A DNA stretch of 64,000 nucleotides, from NCBI GenBank assembly GCA_010093815.1, contig ML996573.1. The stretch is one strand, 5' to 3'. Numbering within the stretch: the stretch's first letter is position 1; every line of letters begins with the position of its first letter. The stretch is from Pseudovirgaria hyperparasitica. Taxonomy: Eukaryota. Both the position numbers and the translations under genes were made by a program. This document shows, piece by piece, positions 1 to 13,324 of the stretch. The notes beneath the pieces were generated by a model that was not told where the DNA came from, did not search any database, and saw only the letters and a list, made by a program, of their open reading frames with translations.

Positions 1-55
1 GCACTTTTCTTAATGTCATGATTGGCCGACCCGGCTGTCGATTAGGAGGCAAAGG

Positions 56-1259
56 ATGCCTGCGGATGAACTGGACGACGACACTGTTGCGAATTTACTG
101 AAAGAAGACGCGAAGACTGCGGGCGCAAGTTTCGGCTTCCTCTCGAGCAGGTAGATACGCGTAACATAGATATAGGTGTTCTTATTGCTAATGCCATAGC
201 AGGCCAAGCTCGCAAGCGCCCAAGCCTAACACGAGATTTCTCAGAAATATCATCCGCGAAACAAATACCCACAATGCGGCCTTGCTGGCAAGAGAGGCCG
301 AGGAGTCTAGGGCCAGGTTGAAAAGGCTTCGTAAAGATCCACATCCAAGAATCAGCGGGCGTAAAATAGAGGACGTCGCATCACGCGACCACCAGTCTAC
401 CAAACGTAGGCGACACGAAAGTCCAGATGTGAAGGATGTTCGGTCCGACGCTCATAGACATGGAAGCAGTAGTCACAAGCGCAGCAGACGAGATGACAGG
501 GAAGGAAATGACGGATTTAGAGGTCGCGATAGTCGTCGAGAGAGAAACGAGCCTTCGGACGACCGGCGAGGACATCGATCACAGCGCACCCATCGACGTG
601 ATCGTACAGATAAAACTGCTTCAGACAGACATAGAGATGAAAAGTACGCCTCTTCAAGTCACGATCACAACAAGTCTCGTCGAAGGAGGTCCCACAGCAA
701 AGAACGCTCACGGACCCGGTCCCCTCGGCGCCGAAAACGACATCAGAGTCGAAGCCGAAGTCGGACACGTTCACAATCACCTAGTGCATCTCATCATCCC
801 CGGATAAGCCGAAAGAAGGGACAGTTGCCAACGGAACCGGACTCCGACTCGGATCCACTAGAGGCCATCGTTGGCCCGATGCCAGTATCCGAACCTACTA
901 TAAAATCGAAGGGCCGCGGCGCTTACAAGAACTCCTCGGCAATGGATACTCATTTCTCAAAGAGCTACGATCCATCCGCTGACGTGCACATCAATTCTGA
1001 TTTGGAGGACGACTGGGACATGGCTTTGGAAGCGCTACGCGATCGGCAAAGATGGCATCAACAGGGTGCTGAGCGCCTGCGATCTGCGGGTTTCACCGAA
1101 GACGAAATCAGGAAGTGGGAGAAGGGTGGTGAGAAGACCGAGGACGATGTACGGTGGGCCAAGAAGGGCGAAGGCAGAGAGTGGGACAGAGGGAAAGTTG
1201 TAGATGATGCAGGTGACATCAATGTTAAGGTTGAATGGGGTAGATTAAAAGGTACTTAG
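56..1259 (+). CDS. Arg/Ser/His-rich nuclear protein, fungal pre-mRNA-splicing factor 38B-like family
   Basis: ATG 56, intron 151-202 (GTAGAT..GCTAAT..CAG) joins MPADELDDDTVANLLKEDA to KPNTRFLRNII and the 282-1259 ORF; RS-rich middle, C-terminal W..KGEGREWDRGK. Confidence 0.7.
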
Positions 1260-1556
1260 TGCTTGATTGGTCAAAGAATACTGGTCACGATAGAAAAAGA
1301 CATTTAAAAATGCCTGGTCCTTGAGTATTAAATGCTGCATTTATCGAGAACTCCACGTGATCGCATCCGGTGATACTTCGGCATGGTCTTGGCATTGCCC
1401 ACAAGCGAAAATTAGACGACACTATCCACAGAACTCACGAACTCGCCCACCGACCAATACTAACCTCTACCCAGCAAAGCAGAAAGGTATACAACCACAT
1501 ATACCGAATCAGTCAATCCGGTTGATAGCTAATTCTCGTGTAGTTCTCCGCCCAAG

Positions 1557-2106
1557 ATGAGTACGTTCGATCGACTAGCCATTCGATGGATGATTGCGAC
1601 TGACGGATTACCATAGCGAAGGGAACTTCAAGTTTTGGCAAGCGCCACAACAAGACACACACGCTCTGCAGACGTTGCGGTTAGTAATTTTTCATATGCA
1701 AAAGAGGAGGAGTCGACGTACATTGTTGGAGATATACACGCGAGATTGGATAGCCGAGACCAGTACTGACGGATTGACGCAACACAGGACGTCGCGCCCT
1801 CCACATCCAGAAGCACACCTGCGCCGCCTGCGGATACCCCAACGCCAGCATTCGCAAATGTACGTTCATACTCCCATCATGTCTTACTGGGTTTTCTACA
1901 AACGCTCGATACACCACACAACTAGACGCAACATGGAGAGGCTCTGTACTAACACACTTGCAGACAACTGGGGCGAGAAGGCTAAGCGCAGAAAGACCAC
2001 CGGTACTGGCCGCATGCGACACATGAAGGACGTCCCCCGCCGCGCGAAGAACGGATTCCGCACCGGTGTTCCAAAGGGTGCCCGTGGCCCAACCACCTCG
2101 TCGTAA
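1557..2106 (+). CDS. RPL37: 60S ribosomal protein L37 (eL37)
   Basis: Exons 1557-1560, 1617-1679, 1788-1859, 1964-2106 give [40 protein letters not shown]...[19 protein letters not shown]; canonical splice sites. Confidence 0.97.
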
Positions 2107-3119
2107 ATGGGGAGCGGAGTAAAGCGTGGATGACAAAAAACAGAAGCGGCTTGGGGAGTTTGCATCGGATGGGCTGGCACAATATGGCCGATTGGCCCGG
2201 CATGACGTTGTTGTCTTTGGCATGAAATGGATCTCCATGTTGCTACATTATGCAAGTTCACTATTCAATGGGAACGTATCGAAGAAGTGTACTACTGGGA
2301 CCTCTTGCGTGACGGTGGTGGATGTATCATGCTCAACGATATGTTTGACTGGGGGTGGATGGCCATACGTTTGCCAGCTGCGAAATGTTGATTGTTCAAT
2401 GCACAGCGATGTGAGCTCTGGTACTCTGCTCCCGAAGTGTCTCAAGCCTGACCTCCATATTCTACACTCTGTCCCGGGACAAATCCACTCGAATAGCTAT
2501 CTCAGTTTATCCCACACAATCTGGCTGACCCGTAGCGTCCAGGCCTGCGTACTTCTAACTTCAGCAGTCATCGCTCCCCGCGACATCAGCTCATCACCCG
2601 GCACTCTATCCTTTCGTCCCTCCCAAGTCCGCGATATGTTTCATCCCCTATATAATGAAGATAAAGATAAACATGTCCTAGCCCACTAGCTAGCCACCTA
2701 GCCAGGCACACGAACGAATCTGACAATCCCTACCACCACCACGAGCATCATCCCCGCGAAACTATGTTTTGTCATACATAGTGTTCTGATGCATGACAAG
2801 CGAATGCAACGCAACGCGACGAATCGCACGCGAAAAGGGCACGCTTGCCACTCATTCCTCCTCTATGGATGACTTGTGTCTGTCCGAGACTTAGTCGCTG
2901 TTTGTGCACTAGATATACGATGATTGTCGATGAAGAAAGTTTTCTTGAATGGGGTATATTAAGTGTATTTTGCTGCTGAAAAATTATGCACGCTCATGCC
3001 AACGCTAATGCTATACCAACAATCCCCCAAAAGCGCCACGAACAAATGCATCATCAAACTACGCCATCCAAACCAACTACCACACGTCCAAATCACTGCC
3101 GAGCATCACAAGACCCAGC

Positions 3120-4838
3120 CTACCCACCACCAGCCGCAAACTGACTCCGCTTCCGCAGCCTCTCGCCAAAAGTCCAGAGCATAAACGGCGCCGGAATCCC
3201 AATCGCAATGCCCACAAACGCAAGCACACTATTCCCCCACCCATAATCCAAGGCAGCATACATCGCAGGCGCAAACAGGGGAAACCCAAACCCAGCCAGC
3301 GAGCGCAGCACCGTCGCGGCGCCCACCGCACTGGCAGCATAGCGCGTGTAGCTATCAACGATATACGTCTGAATGCCCTGAAAGCAGATGATTGTGCCGG
3401 CGGCGAAGACGGCAGCACCGATGTTAGGCATGATCCAGTGGGTGCGGGCCTGTGCGCTCCAGCCGTACCAGAAGAGGCCGATGGGGACGAGGATGCTGCC
3501 GGGGACCATGATCGGGGTGCGGAACTCGGGGCGGCCTACGCCGTTGTTCTTGCGCTTGAGGCGGCGGTAGAGGGCGTCGTTGAGGGGGGCGGAGACCTGG
3601 GTGCCGAGGGTGAAGCCGAGGCCGAGGGAGATGTAGTTGAGGCCGCCGATGCCGATGGATTCGTGGTAGCGCTGCTCCCAGAGGGTGGGGAAGGTGGAGA
3701 GGACGAGGTACATGATGCCGTAGAGGAAGGCCATGTAGAGGGCGAGGACCTGGACGATGGGCTGGGTGCCCAGGAGGCGGGAGGGGCGAACGAGGGCGGT
3801 GGAGAGCTTCTTTGTGAATTTGAGGTCGCTGTCGTATTCGGTGTGGAGGGCCTGGTTGCCGGTTTCCTTGCGGAGGCGGGCGGCTTTGCGGGCGAGGAGG
3901 ATGGGGGCGTAGGTTTCGCGGAGGAAGACGAGGCCGAAGAGCTGGATGACGGCGCAGGCCATGGTGGTGGCCCAGAATACCCAGCGCCATGTGGTGTTTT
4001 GCGTGATGAAGCCTCCGGCGATGGGCCCGATTGCTGGGCCTAATAGTGGTGCGAGAGAATAGATGCCGATTGCACGACCACGCTGGTCGGCTGTGAAGAC
4101 GTCGGAGAGCAGGCCTCCACCGATGGCAAGGGGGGCGCTGCCTCCAAGACCGCTCATGAAGCGGAATGCAAGCATCTGGCCGGATGTCTGTGCAAATCCG
4201 CAGCCAAGATTCCAGCAAAGAAAGAACATGTTGGCGAGTTGAAGTACCGGGACACGGCCGTACATTTCGGAGAGAGGGCCGAGGATGAGCGGACCAACTG
4301 CATAGGCCAACACAAAGATGGAGAGCATGAGTTGGCCGATGACCTGGTCTGTGACATTGAGATCGCGCATCATGGTGCCGATTGCAGGTGCGACCATAGA
4401 AGAGGCGACTGGGGAGATGAATGTGAAGCACGACACGATGACAGTAGCCCCCCATTTGTTCCCCATAGTCCAGTTCTTTGGGTTTTCTGGATCATCAGGA
4501 CCGTCCCAGGACACGAGATTGGGGTCTTTGATAGACCGCCGCGATCTCTCCTTCCTTAGCTCTTTTGGCGCTCGTTCGACGTCGACTTCGTCAGGAATAC
4601 CATTTCTAATCTCCGGCACGACTTCATCGTCCTTTTCTTTGACTTCCCCATCGGCTTCACTCTCGGTAGAGTCATCATCTGAAGTCTCCTCGTGGTTGTG
4701 GTAGACTGAATGGTCATCGAAATGATGTAATGAATAGTTGCGGTGGAGATCTAAAGAGCCCCGTCGTGTTCGTCGTGAGTTGGACGATTTTGCTTTGTGC
4801 AGTTGCGGCAATTCTGGGCCTGGTACCTCTTCAGGCAT
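3120..4838 (-). CDS. MFS multidrug transporter, DHA1 family
   Basis: 572-aa intronless ORF with WDGPDDPENPKNW, GPLSEMYGR and ETYAP motifs and about 12 hydrophobic segments. Confidence 0.93.
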   Translation of the reverse strand: MPEEVPGPELPQLHKAKSSNSRRTRRGSLDLHRNYSLHHFDDHSVYHNHEETSDDDSTESEADGEVKEKDDEVVPEIRNGIPDEVDVERAPKELRKERSRRSIKDPNLVSWDGPDDPENPKNWTMGNKWGATVIVSCFTFISPVASSMVAPAIGTMMRDLNVTDQVIGQLMLSIFVLAYAVGPLILGPLSEMYGRVPVLQLANMFFLCWNLGCGFAQTSGQMLAFRFMSGLGGSAPLAIGGGLLSDVFTADQRGRAIGIYSLAPLLGPAIGPIAGGFITQNTTWRWVFWATTMACAVIQLFGLVFLRETYAPILLARKAARLRKETGNQALHTEYDSDLKFTKKLSTALVRPSRLLGTQPIVQVLALYMAFLYGIMYLVLSTFPTLWEQRYHESIGIGGLNYISLGLGFTLGTQVSAPLNDALYRRLKRKNNGVGRPEFRTPIMVPGSILVPIGLFWYGWSAQARTHWIMPNIGAAVFAAGTIICFQGIQTYIVDSYTRYAASAVGAATVLRSLAGFGFPLFAPAMYAALDYGWGNSVLAFVGIAIGIPAPFMLWTFGERLRKRSQFAAGGG

Positions 4839-5676
4839 GTTTGCAGAGTCAAGTGAAATCGAGGTCAGCCTTGGGAATGCTTATGCCCTCGTCAACGTCT
4901 TTGAAGGCGTCCATGGTAGGAGGGGTCCCGAGGTCTATATACAAAGGCGTAGTCCGGGGATATCGGAAACGCTGATACCGACAATGACGATTGTGTAGCT
5001 AAAGCCGCTACAGGGCTGATTGTAGAGAAATAAGTGCTAAACATGCAAAGCAATGTGGAGTACACACTACGAAATGCATGCACATGGAGGCTCGCTTGAA
5101 CCGGTACCGGCAAGCCATTGTCATAAAACAATGCATTATTGGCTAGATGGTCGGAAGCCGGTGCCGGGTAGCCCATAAGGCATCCAGTTTGACCATCTTG
5201 CTCCTTTTTAGCCTACGTGCTAAGTACCGAGAGCAATATCGATACGCCGACGTCACATACAGAACAGGACTCCCAGCGCGGTGTTTGGATGTGGCATAAT
5301 GGGCCCTGGGTCATTGGAAATATGTAGTCGTCATTATTCGAGAGACAGAACCACTGGAGAGACGTGGAAGCGGAGACTGTCCACGGATGTCATCCAAATA
5401 GTGTCGGAAATGTTCGAACTCACTGCGGATTATTGTACAGTTGTTTTATTGCTTGAAGTTGTCCCGCGAGTAAGTTCGGGAATGTTGATGTGTACGTCAT
5501 GACCTGGGATCTGGAATGTCGATAGATCGGGATGATGATTATGCGTGTATGCCTGAGGCAAAGCGTACTACTGCGCGCACGGACATATGACAGAGCTTTG
5601 GCTTTTGAGCTTGAAATCGACCTTTGCGATGATGAATGGAACCGTATTGCACTTGACGCCAACAAACACGACCAAA

Positions 5677-6877
5677 ATGTCGCAATCCGGTATGAGCTCA
5701 TCGAGACTGCCGGCAACGTGTCTCCGAATGCTACGGGCGTCCTCCGATACTATCTGCAAGCCATCCACGCGAAATTTCACGTCCTGCCAATTCCGAAGAC
5801 CAACACCGGTCGCCGCACAATTGCGCATCTCCAGAAATGCATTGCCATCCTCAGCGCACCATAGGCTTTTCTCCAGTACGATAAGACAACATGCGAAGAC
5901 GGTCCAGCAAGTCAAGGCTCGGAATGAATCTGGAGTAGGTCGCACCGCAAGCATAGCATTCCAGGACGCCAGCTTACAGGTATCTAGCCCTTCTCGTGGA
6001 GAGCAGGCATACTCTTCTTTGCCACGGGCGCCGGCCTTATTGTATACTTCAAGTACGAGAAGGAACGCATGCAACGACAGCGGATAGCGGAGCAGAACAA
6101 AGGCATTGGGAAGCCGCTGGTGGGCGGAAAATTTGAATTGAAGGATAGTGAGGGCAACATATTCACGGAGGATGATCTCAAGGGCAAATATTCGCTGGTC
6201 AGTCGCGTTGACGTTTCTTTCAATCGAGGACTGCATGGACTCGGATGAAGCTAGTGGGAGCTGCAATTCGACATGGAGAAGCAGGTCCTAGGATATGTGA
6301 CTGACAAGCGTCACAGATATATTTCGGATTCACGCACTGCCCGGATATCTGCCCAGATGAACTTGACAAGATGGCGCAGATGATTGACATTGTGAAGCAG
6401 AAGAAGGGCAACATCCTTAAAGCAGTCTTCATCAGTTGTGATCCTTGGCGCGACTCACCAGAAGTGGTCAAGAAGTATCTAGCAGAGTTTCACCCTGACA
6501 TTGTTGGACTGACTGGGGACTACGACAACGTAAAGGCTGTGTGCAAGGCGTACAGGGTCTACTTCAGTACCCCGCCAGAGCTCAAGCCTGGACAGGACTA
6601 TCTGGTGGACCACAGCATCTACTTCTATCTCATGGGTGAGTCAGGCCAAACGATTTCTACGGTTGATGCGATTCATTTTGCCACCACATATGACGTTACA
6701 TGGACTCTTATCATCCAGGGTTGTGGGATGATCAGCAGCAAACATGACTGACGATGGCGTGTAGATCCGGAAGGCGACTTTGTAGAGGCGATCGGACGCG
6801 AGCGAACAGCGGAGCAAGGAGCAAAGGCAATCTGCGATTTTGCATCTGATTGGAAGGGCAAGATCAACAGAGAGTGA
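5677..6877 (+). CDS. SCO1: Mitochondrial copper chaperone SCO1/SenC
   Basis: Spliced (introns ~5935-5987, ~6198-6316, ~6636-6764): mitochondrial presequence, TM PFSWRAGILFF, YFGFTHCPDICPDEL (CxxxC), YLVDHSIYFYLMDPEG; start codon choice uncertain. Confidence 0.93.
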
Positions 6878-9849
6878 GGACCCTGGCCTTGGAAGCGGAA
6901 GATAAGACGAGGCACAGCGTTCTTTGCGCGCTTGACTTTCCACTCGACCGGTACCAGATTAATATCGAGACTGCGCGTCTCGGGAAAGGGCTGAGTGAGC
7001 CCAGTGGGACGGACGCACACGAGGCATATGAAGTGCTCTCCGCGGGAGGAGCGTGTACAATAGAATACAAGAAGCCATGTGTGATAAAATGTACAACACC
7101 TGTAAATAGCATCATCACAACGAGACGAGTAGTATGGGACACATGCATCACTATGCAAAACTTCGGCCAGACTCGAATGTTGATCAGCATGCACGATACT
7201 CAAACTGCGCGCACCGAACGAGCGCAAGGCTATCAACGGTGCGCCCAGACTGATGCCAACCTTTGGCAGAGCCTTGCCTCGTCTTGTCTCGTCTTGTCAG
7301 GGCACACAACAGCGGCATGAGTCGTTCATCGCGGCATCAAGCCTTCCCATTCTTCAGCCCAACAGCTCGCTCGCGACCCAGGGGAGGGGGGGAAACGAAA
7401 GAAGTCGGGGCTAGAACAACAAGTCGAGACATGGATAGAGAACACAGAACCGCGAATAAGCGCCATGCGAGATACAGAATACCTTTTTGTCGGGTAGTTA
7501 TATGAGGCTGTTGGGTAATATCACTTTACTAACCTTCCAATTCTCAGGTCGAGTCGCGTGCCGCGTGACCTGTAAGTTAGAGTGACGGACTGGGTCTTGG
7601 CTTCAATAAGTAGCGAGTGTTGGATTGTGGGATGTGTGGATGTTGTGCAATAAGAATGAGAAGAAATGATTGATGGATAGCGACTACTGTGGAACGAACG
7701 AACGGATGGGATGAGATGAAGCAATTCATTTTGGCGGGGCGGCGGCGGCACCTATCAACAACGAGCTAACCAGGTAGGTTAGGTAGGTAGCGTTGGTTGG
7801 TATACCTCGGCCGGAGCAGCCGCTAGAGGTAAGGTGATAATGATATAGCGCGATACCGGAAGAGGAAGCTGGGTGTTTCGGAGGCGTTGTGCTCGCAGCC
7901 TTTTTTTCTATCAACCTCCCACAAACGAAACGAAACGAACGAACGATGATTGTCAGCAAGTGAATTATACGCCACCGGAGTGTTCGCGTTTGTTCTTGTC
8001 TGTCGGTTGAGCTGCGAGATGTTGCCTCTGCTTGCCTTGCGTTGTGGAGTTGATATGGCACAGTGAAGCAGTCTGTCTGTCTACTTAGCTACCTAACTAC
8101 CTACCCAGCTACCTCAATCCCAGACACAGAACAACAGGGACATAAGAGTCTGTGCGACACCATGTGCGATAAGCCGGAGACGACGCTGCTGACCCGACGA
8201 CGACGACGTCGCTTGCTGTGATACCTTTTCGTCCCCATTCCAGCCTCCTTCCAGCCATCCAGCCATTCGTCCAAGGGTCCTTTATCCAGATCCGACCATC
8301 CTCTCGACTCGCACTAAATTGGCCAAACAGAAGAAAAAAAGTGGAGGGCGCTACGATCGCGAGCAGAAGCTGCTAAGGCTGCTGTGCATGAACAGGGCTA
8401 TAATGTCTGGGACGGAGCGGGCAGAGAGACAGACAGACTTATAGGTAGATGGATGGGTGGGCCGCTTGGTGGCCCCTGGCATGGAGCTGCAGATAACTAA
8501 CAGAGCCGTTCGAGGGAAGGCCGGATGGCAGGGACAGGGCACGCGAGCTATGTTTGAGAGGTGGTGGGCGGGCCGAATACTCTTGCTTGGTGTCGTTTAG
8601 AAGAAGAAAAAGATGATGAGCGCACGGTGGACGCCGAGATCTGCCATGCTAATTACAGGGTCATAAGCGAACGACAATATCTACCGTCTGTTCCTCGGGA
8701 GTGTGGTTGTGGTATGGTATACACAACACACAACACACACGACACTACGCACGCTACACTGCACAGAGATGCCATTGCAGCAGCTCACCTGGTCTGTGGC
8801 GCTCGGTGCTTGGCTGGTCCAGGACTTGGCGGTATGTCTTGATGCAACATCACCAGCGCCGGCACCGACAAGCAAACAGAACCAAACATTTAGGTAGCGC
8901 ATTGAGGCGTAGCTATTCCCATTCAAGCAGCAGGTTCCAACACGGCGCCTATCATGTCCTCACGATGGCGAAGGTCGTGATTATGATTGTACACAGAGAC
9001 AGAGACAGAGACAGTTGTTATGATGCAGTCGGGACTGAGAGAGGTGGCGTGGATAGGCGCATACTACTACATACGGGATGAAGCCTCCCGCGTAACGTCG
9101 ACAACGGCCATTCTTCTGCCACTTTTTCGTGTCGTGTGAAGGGTGAATACGAGGTCTAATAGCAGTAAGCATAAGGGAAGGGCGTTTTGGAGGCTGGACT
9201 AGTTCAGTGTAGTCACTCACCGTCGCCGTTCGTAATTAGTGGGTGTGGAGTCTTGCAGCGCTTCTCGAAGAAGGTTATCTCTGTGATGGAAGAAGAGGTG
9301 GTGCCGGCTGCAAACAATACGCTGCACGGGCTGCATGGGGCGCTTGATTGTGGCGTCTCAGAGGCCCGCAGAAGCCCCCCAATCACGCCCCATTTACGCC
9401 CCAGTACCCCCCCAAGATCAGCGACTCAGCGGCGTCTCACGCGGGCTAGAACACGCAAAAAACGGGCTATCGGCGGGTCATTAATGGGCGGTTAATGGGC
9501 AATTGGACCACCCCCCCCCCCTTCCCCCTCCCTTGTTAGTCTCCCGTGCCCTGTCTTGTCTTGTCATGTCTTGTATCTGTATTATCTGCAATGTGGTCCG
9601 TGCCCATCCATCCACCCATCCCGGACATCCTTCACGATAGAGGCAACTCGACTTGCTCCAATTCACTGTTGCTAGCTAATATCTTTCAATCATACTATCT
9701 CTCTCTGCGTCTGCCGAGGCCGATCCCACCTTTTCGCTCGCTATATATATTATACCCTCCACTCCCCCACCACCACCACTCGCAATGCCTGCTGTTCCTC
9801 TGTCTGGATAGCTCCGCACTCGACACAGGTACCGGCCAATATACACACC

Positions 9850-12244
9850 ATGAGTACCACCGAGGTGCTCGACAGGCCTCTGGCCCCAATGGGCTTCATT
9901 GACCCTGCTGTGTATGTCTCGCCTCCTCTTTGCACACTTCTCGCTGTCCTCCAAAATACCACAAGCTAACAATGGCTACAGCTCGCCCATGAAGGAAAAG
10001 GACGACGTCTTCAACCACCCCGCCCAGACCTCCAATGAAAAGGAAATCGAGTCAAAGGAGATCGACTCTGTCGCCGAGAAAGAGGTCGACGAAGACCTCG
10101 ACGCGGACAAGGAGGCTGATGGCAATGCCAGCTTCATGCAAGATCCCTTCCGTCCCTTCGATAACCTCCCGCCGGAGCAGCACCGCGTCCTGACCATCAG
10201 AGCCGTCTTTGTTGGTCTCTGCTGTGGTGCGCTCGTCAACGCTTCGAATGTCTACCTTGGTCTGAAGACTGGCTGGACATTTACTGCGAACCTGTTTGGT
10301 GCCATTGTCGGTTTCGCCGTCATCAAGTTCTTCTCCCGCACCTTCGCTGAGAACTTCCCCATACTTGGTGGAAACTTTGGTCCGCGTGAGAACAACATTG
10401 TCCAGACTGCTGCCATGGCTTCTGGTGGTCTCTCCAACGTCTTCGTCTCCGCTCTTCCTGCTCTCTACCAGCTGAATCTCATGGGCGACAACCCCAAGGC
10501 CGACTACTGGAAGATTGTCTCTCTGACTGCCGTCGGTGGCTACTTTGGTTTCTTCTTCGCCACCCCTCTCCGTAAATTCTTCGTCATCTACGTTGCTCGT
10601 GAGCTTCGTCTCATCTTCCCTACTGCTTCGGCTACTGCCATGACTATTCGCTCCATGCACGAGGCTGTTACCGGCGAGGCTATCGCGAAGCTGAAGATGA
10701 GGGCGCTCTCTGCTGCCTTTTCGGCTGCGCTGGTGCTCCGTGTCGTTTCCCAGTACGCTATTGGTATCCTGTGGGACTGGCACGTCTTCACCTGGTTCTT
10801 CATCTGGGGCAACTACAACAACAGCGCCCTTGCTGCCGAGAACTGGGGCTGGATCATCGAGTTCACTCCGGCCTTTATCGGTTCCGGCATGCTTGTCGGT
10901 CTCAACGTGTCCATCTCCTTCTTCATGGGTTCTGTCATCGCCTGGGGCATCATCGGTCCCTCACTCGTCGCCCAGGGCATGGCCTTTGGTCGCCCGGCTG
11001 CGAGCGTCGAGGATGGCTATGGTCCGGAGTGGTCTGGCTACATCTCCTACGCCTCTCTCAGCAAGGCCTTTTCCAACAAGGACACCCCGTCACCCCGCTA
11101 CTGGCTTCTGTGGCCCGGTGTTCTTCTCATGATTGCCGTGTCTTTTACCGAGCTGTTCCTGCAGTACAAGATCATCTTCTTTGCCTTCCGCGCCGTCTTC
11201 CGTGGGACCTGCCAGGGTATCTCTGCCGCAGGCCATGCTCTGGGCAAGAAAATGCCGTGGTTCGAGAAGCGTGCTGAGCAGGAAGTGAATGATTTGGTCG
11301 AGGACCCTGCCCCGGTCGAGGAGCAAGTCAAGTGGTGGATGTGGTCCCCCGGTCTCATCCTGTCCATCATCTGCATTTGCGTCGTGCTCGGTGTGGAATT
11401 CGACATGCCCATCGGCATGTCGCTCCTCTCCGTCGTGCTCACCTTCTTCTTCTCCTTCCTCGCCATCCAGTGCACTGGTGTCACCGACATTACGCCGCTC
11501 ACTGCTGCCTCCAAGGCCTCGCAGATTGTGCTCGGTGGCGCTACCAAGGGTGAGGGATGGGAACAGGCGCACGCCCAGAAGCTCAACTTGCTTGGTGGTG
11601 CGATTGCCAACATGGGTGCCAACCAGTCCACGGACTTGGTGTGCGACTTCCGGACTGGCTTCTTGCTCCGTACACCGCCCAACCAGCAATGGATCGCGCA
11701 GGGGGTTGGTACAGTTGTCGCCATCTTCCTCGCCCCGGCCATGTTCGTGCTCTTTGCCTCCGCTTACCCATGCATCCTCAACACCGAGATTGAGATCTGC
11801 CCCTTCTCCGTGCCGTCCGTCGCTGCGTGGCGCGCCACCGCCGTCGCCGTCACCGACCCGACCTTCCCGATCCCCAAGAGCTCCGGCATCTTCGCCATTG
11901 TGTTTGCCATCTTCGGCTCCGCCATGGTCTTTGTGCGCCACTTCCTGTGGGTCGGCAAGTGGGAGTGGATGCGCGCATACCACCCCAACATGATGTGCAT
12001 TGGTCTCGCCTTTGTGCTGCCGCAGACCTACTACGGCACCGCCATGTGTCTCGGCGCCATCCCGTCCTACTACTGGGCCAAGAAGAACCCCAAGAGCTTT
12101 GACATTTACGGCTATGCCATTGCGGCCGGTCTGATTGCGGGCGAGGGTATCGGCGGCGTCATCAACGCGCTCTTCCAGGTCGTGGGTATCGCCGGTCCCG
12201 ATCCATACGGCACCCAGATCGCCTGCCCGGCGCGGATCTGCTAA
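9850..12244 (+). CDS. OPT-superfamily oligopeptide/metal-chelate transporter (YSL-like clade)
   Basis: ATG 9850, intron 9912-9980 in frame with the 781-aa ORF; NVYLGLKTGW, ENNIVQTAA, DFRTGFLL and AAGLIAGEG motifs. Confidence 0.92.
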
Positions 12245-13324
12245 TAGATGTGGTTGGAGTTGTGTGTGTGTGCATGTTTGTTTACGGACAGACGATTATA
12301 ATGTGTTGTTATGCTTGAGAGATACCATTACGAAATTATTGATTAATGCTTCTTTCACTGTACTTGTTGCAGTGCTTGTGCTTTGCTTGTTTCGTGACTG
12401 TGATTGTGGGTGTAGGGTGGATGTAAGATGAAGACGTAAGATGATGTCCTGTTAACCTTTCTTGACTAATCCATGGATTAACAAGAGGAGTTGGGCGCCT
12501 TAACCTCGTCTCACTAATCCGTACATGGATGGATCCATCCATGGATCGACACCGTGCGGCGCGCGTCTGGTGGTGCCTAAGAAAGAAAGAAAGAAAGTCG
12601 TCAAAAGCCCGGGACTTGGGGGGTTTTTCTTTATAAAAAAAATTGGAAATAGCAACAGCGGACGTGTGAATCCTCCACCAGTGTTGTATAGAACTGCCGA
12701 TGGATTCATGAATGTGGAAGATGGGAACAGCGCTATCGGAACACACATCCATGAATCTTACTACTGCTTGACAGCTTCACCGGCTGAAACGTGTTGGTTA
12801 CTGGATGGATGGATGGATGGATGGATACGTTGGCACTTTGAGCGGCAAGGGGAGTGACCAACCAGCCCGTTGGTGTTTTCTGTTGATCTTTGGTGTTTGG
12901 GTGGTGTGGCAAGTGGACGGCGCTCTCCGAGAAAGACAAGACAAGACACAACAAACATAGCCGATACATTGAATTGAGCGATTTCACACCCCTTTTCTCC
13001 GGAAACGTCACTGTTCACTCTTCGCCTGGATGTTCATGCCAAAACCCCCCCCAAAAAAACAATTTGGACTTTTCCGCTAAATTAATTACCACGTAGGAGA
13101 ACGGCTTGTGCTCGATCCTGCCTGCCCCCCCCCCCCCCCCTTTCAAATGAAGGTGCCTCACAGCCTTGCCCGGAGGCCCAGAGCTGGTCATACATGGGGC
13201 TCAGGGGTTGTGTCTTCCGGCTTTTGCTTTTTGGCGCGGCTGGTACTGAGTGTTTGCTTTCGTGTTTCGCGGGCGAAGACTGCCTGCCTTTGGACGGTAT
13301 TCCGTGTAAGGGATGCTCCGTCAT

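Noticed and set aside
3424..4455. Long alternative-frame and antisense ORFs over GC-rich genes (also across OPT, the RGS gene, LIP5 and the phosphatase)
   Set aside because: Shadow ORFs caused by strong third-position GC bias; low-complexity R/P/H or G/E/V translations.
6900..9840. Short ORFs upstream of the OPT gene
   Set aside because: No recognisable motifs or codon bias; microsatellite-rich intergenic or regulatory DNA.
12467..12543. Perfect palindromes TAATCCATGGATTA and CATGGATGGATCCATCCATG
   Set aside because: Explained by local GGAT/ATCC microsatellite content; no associated element ends.
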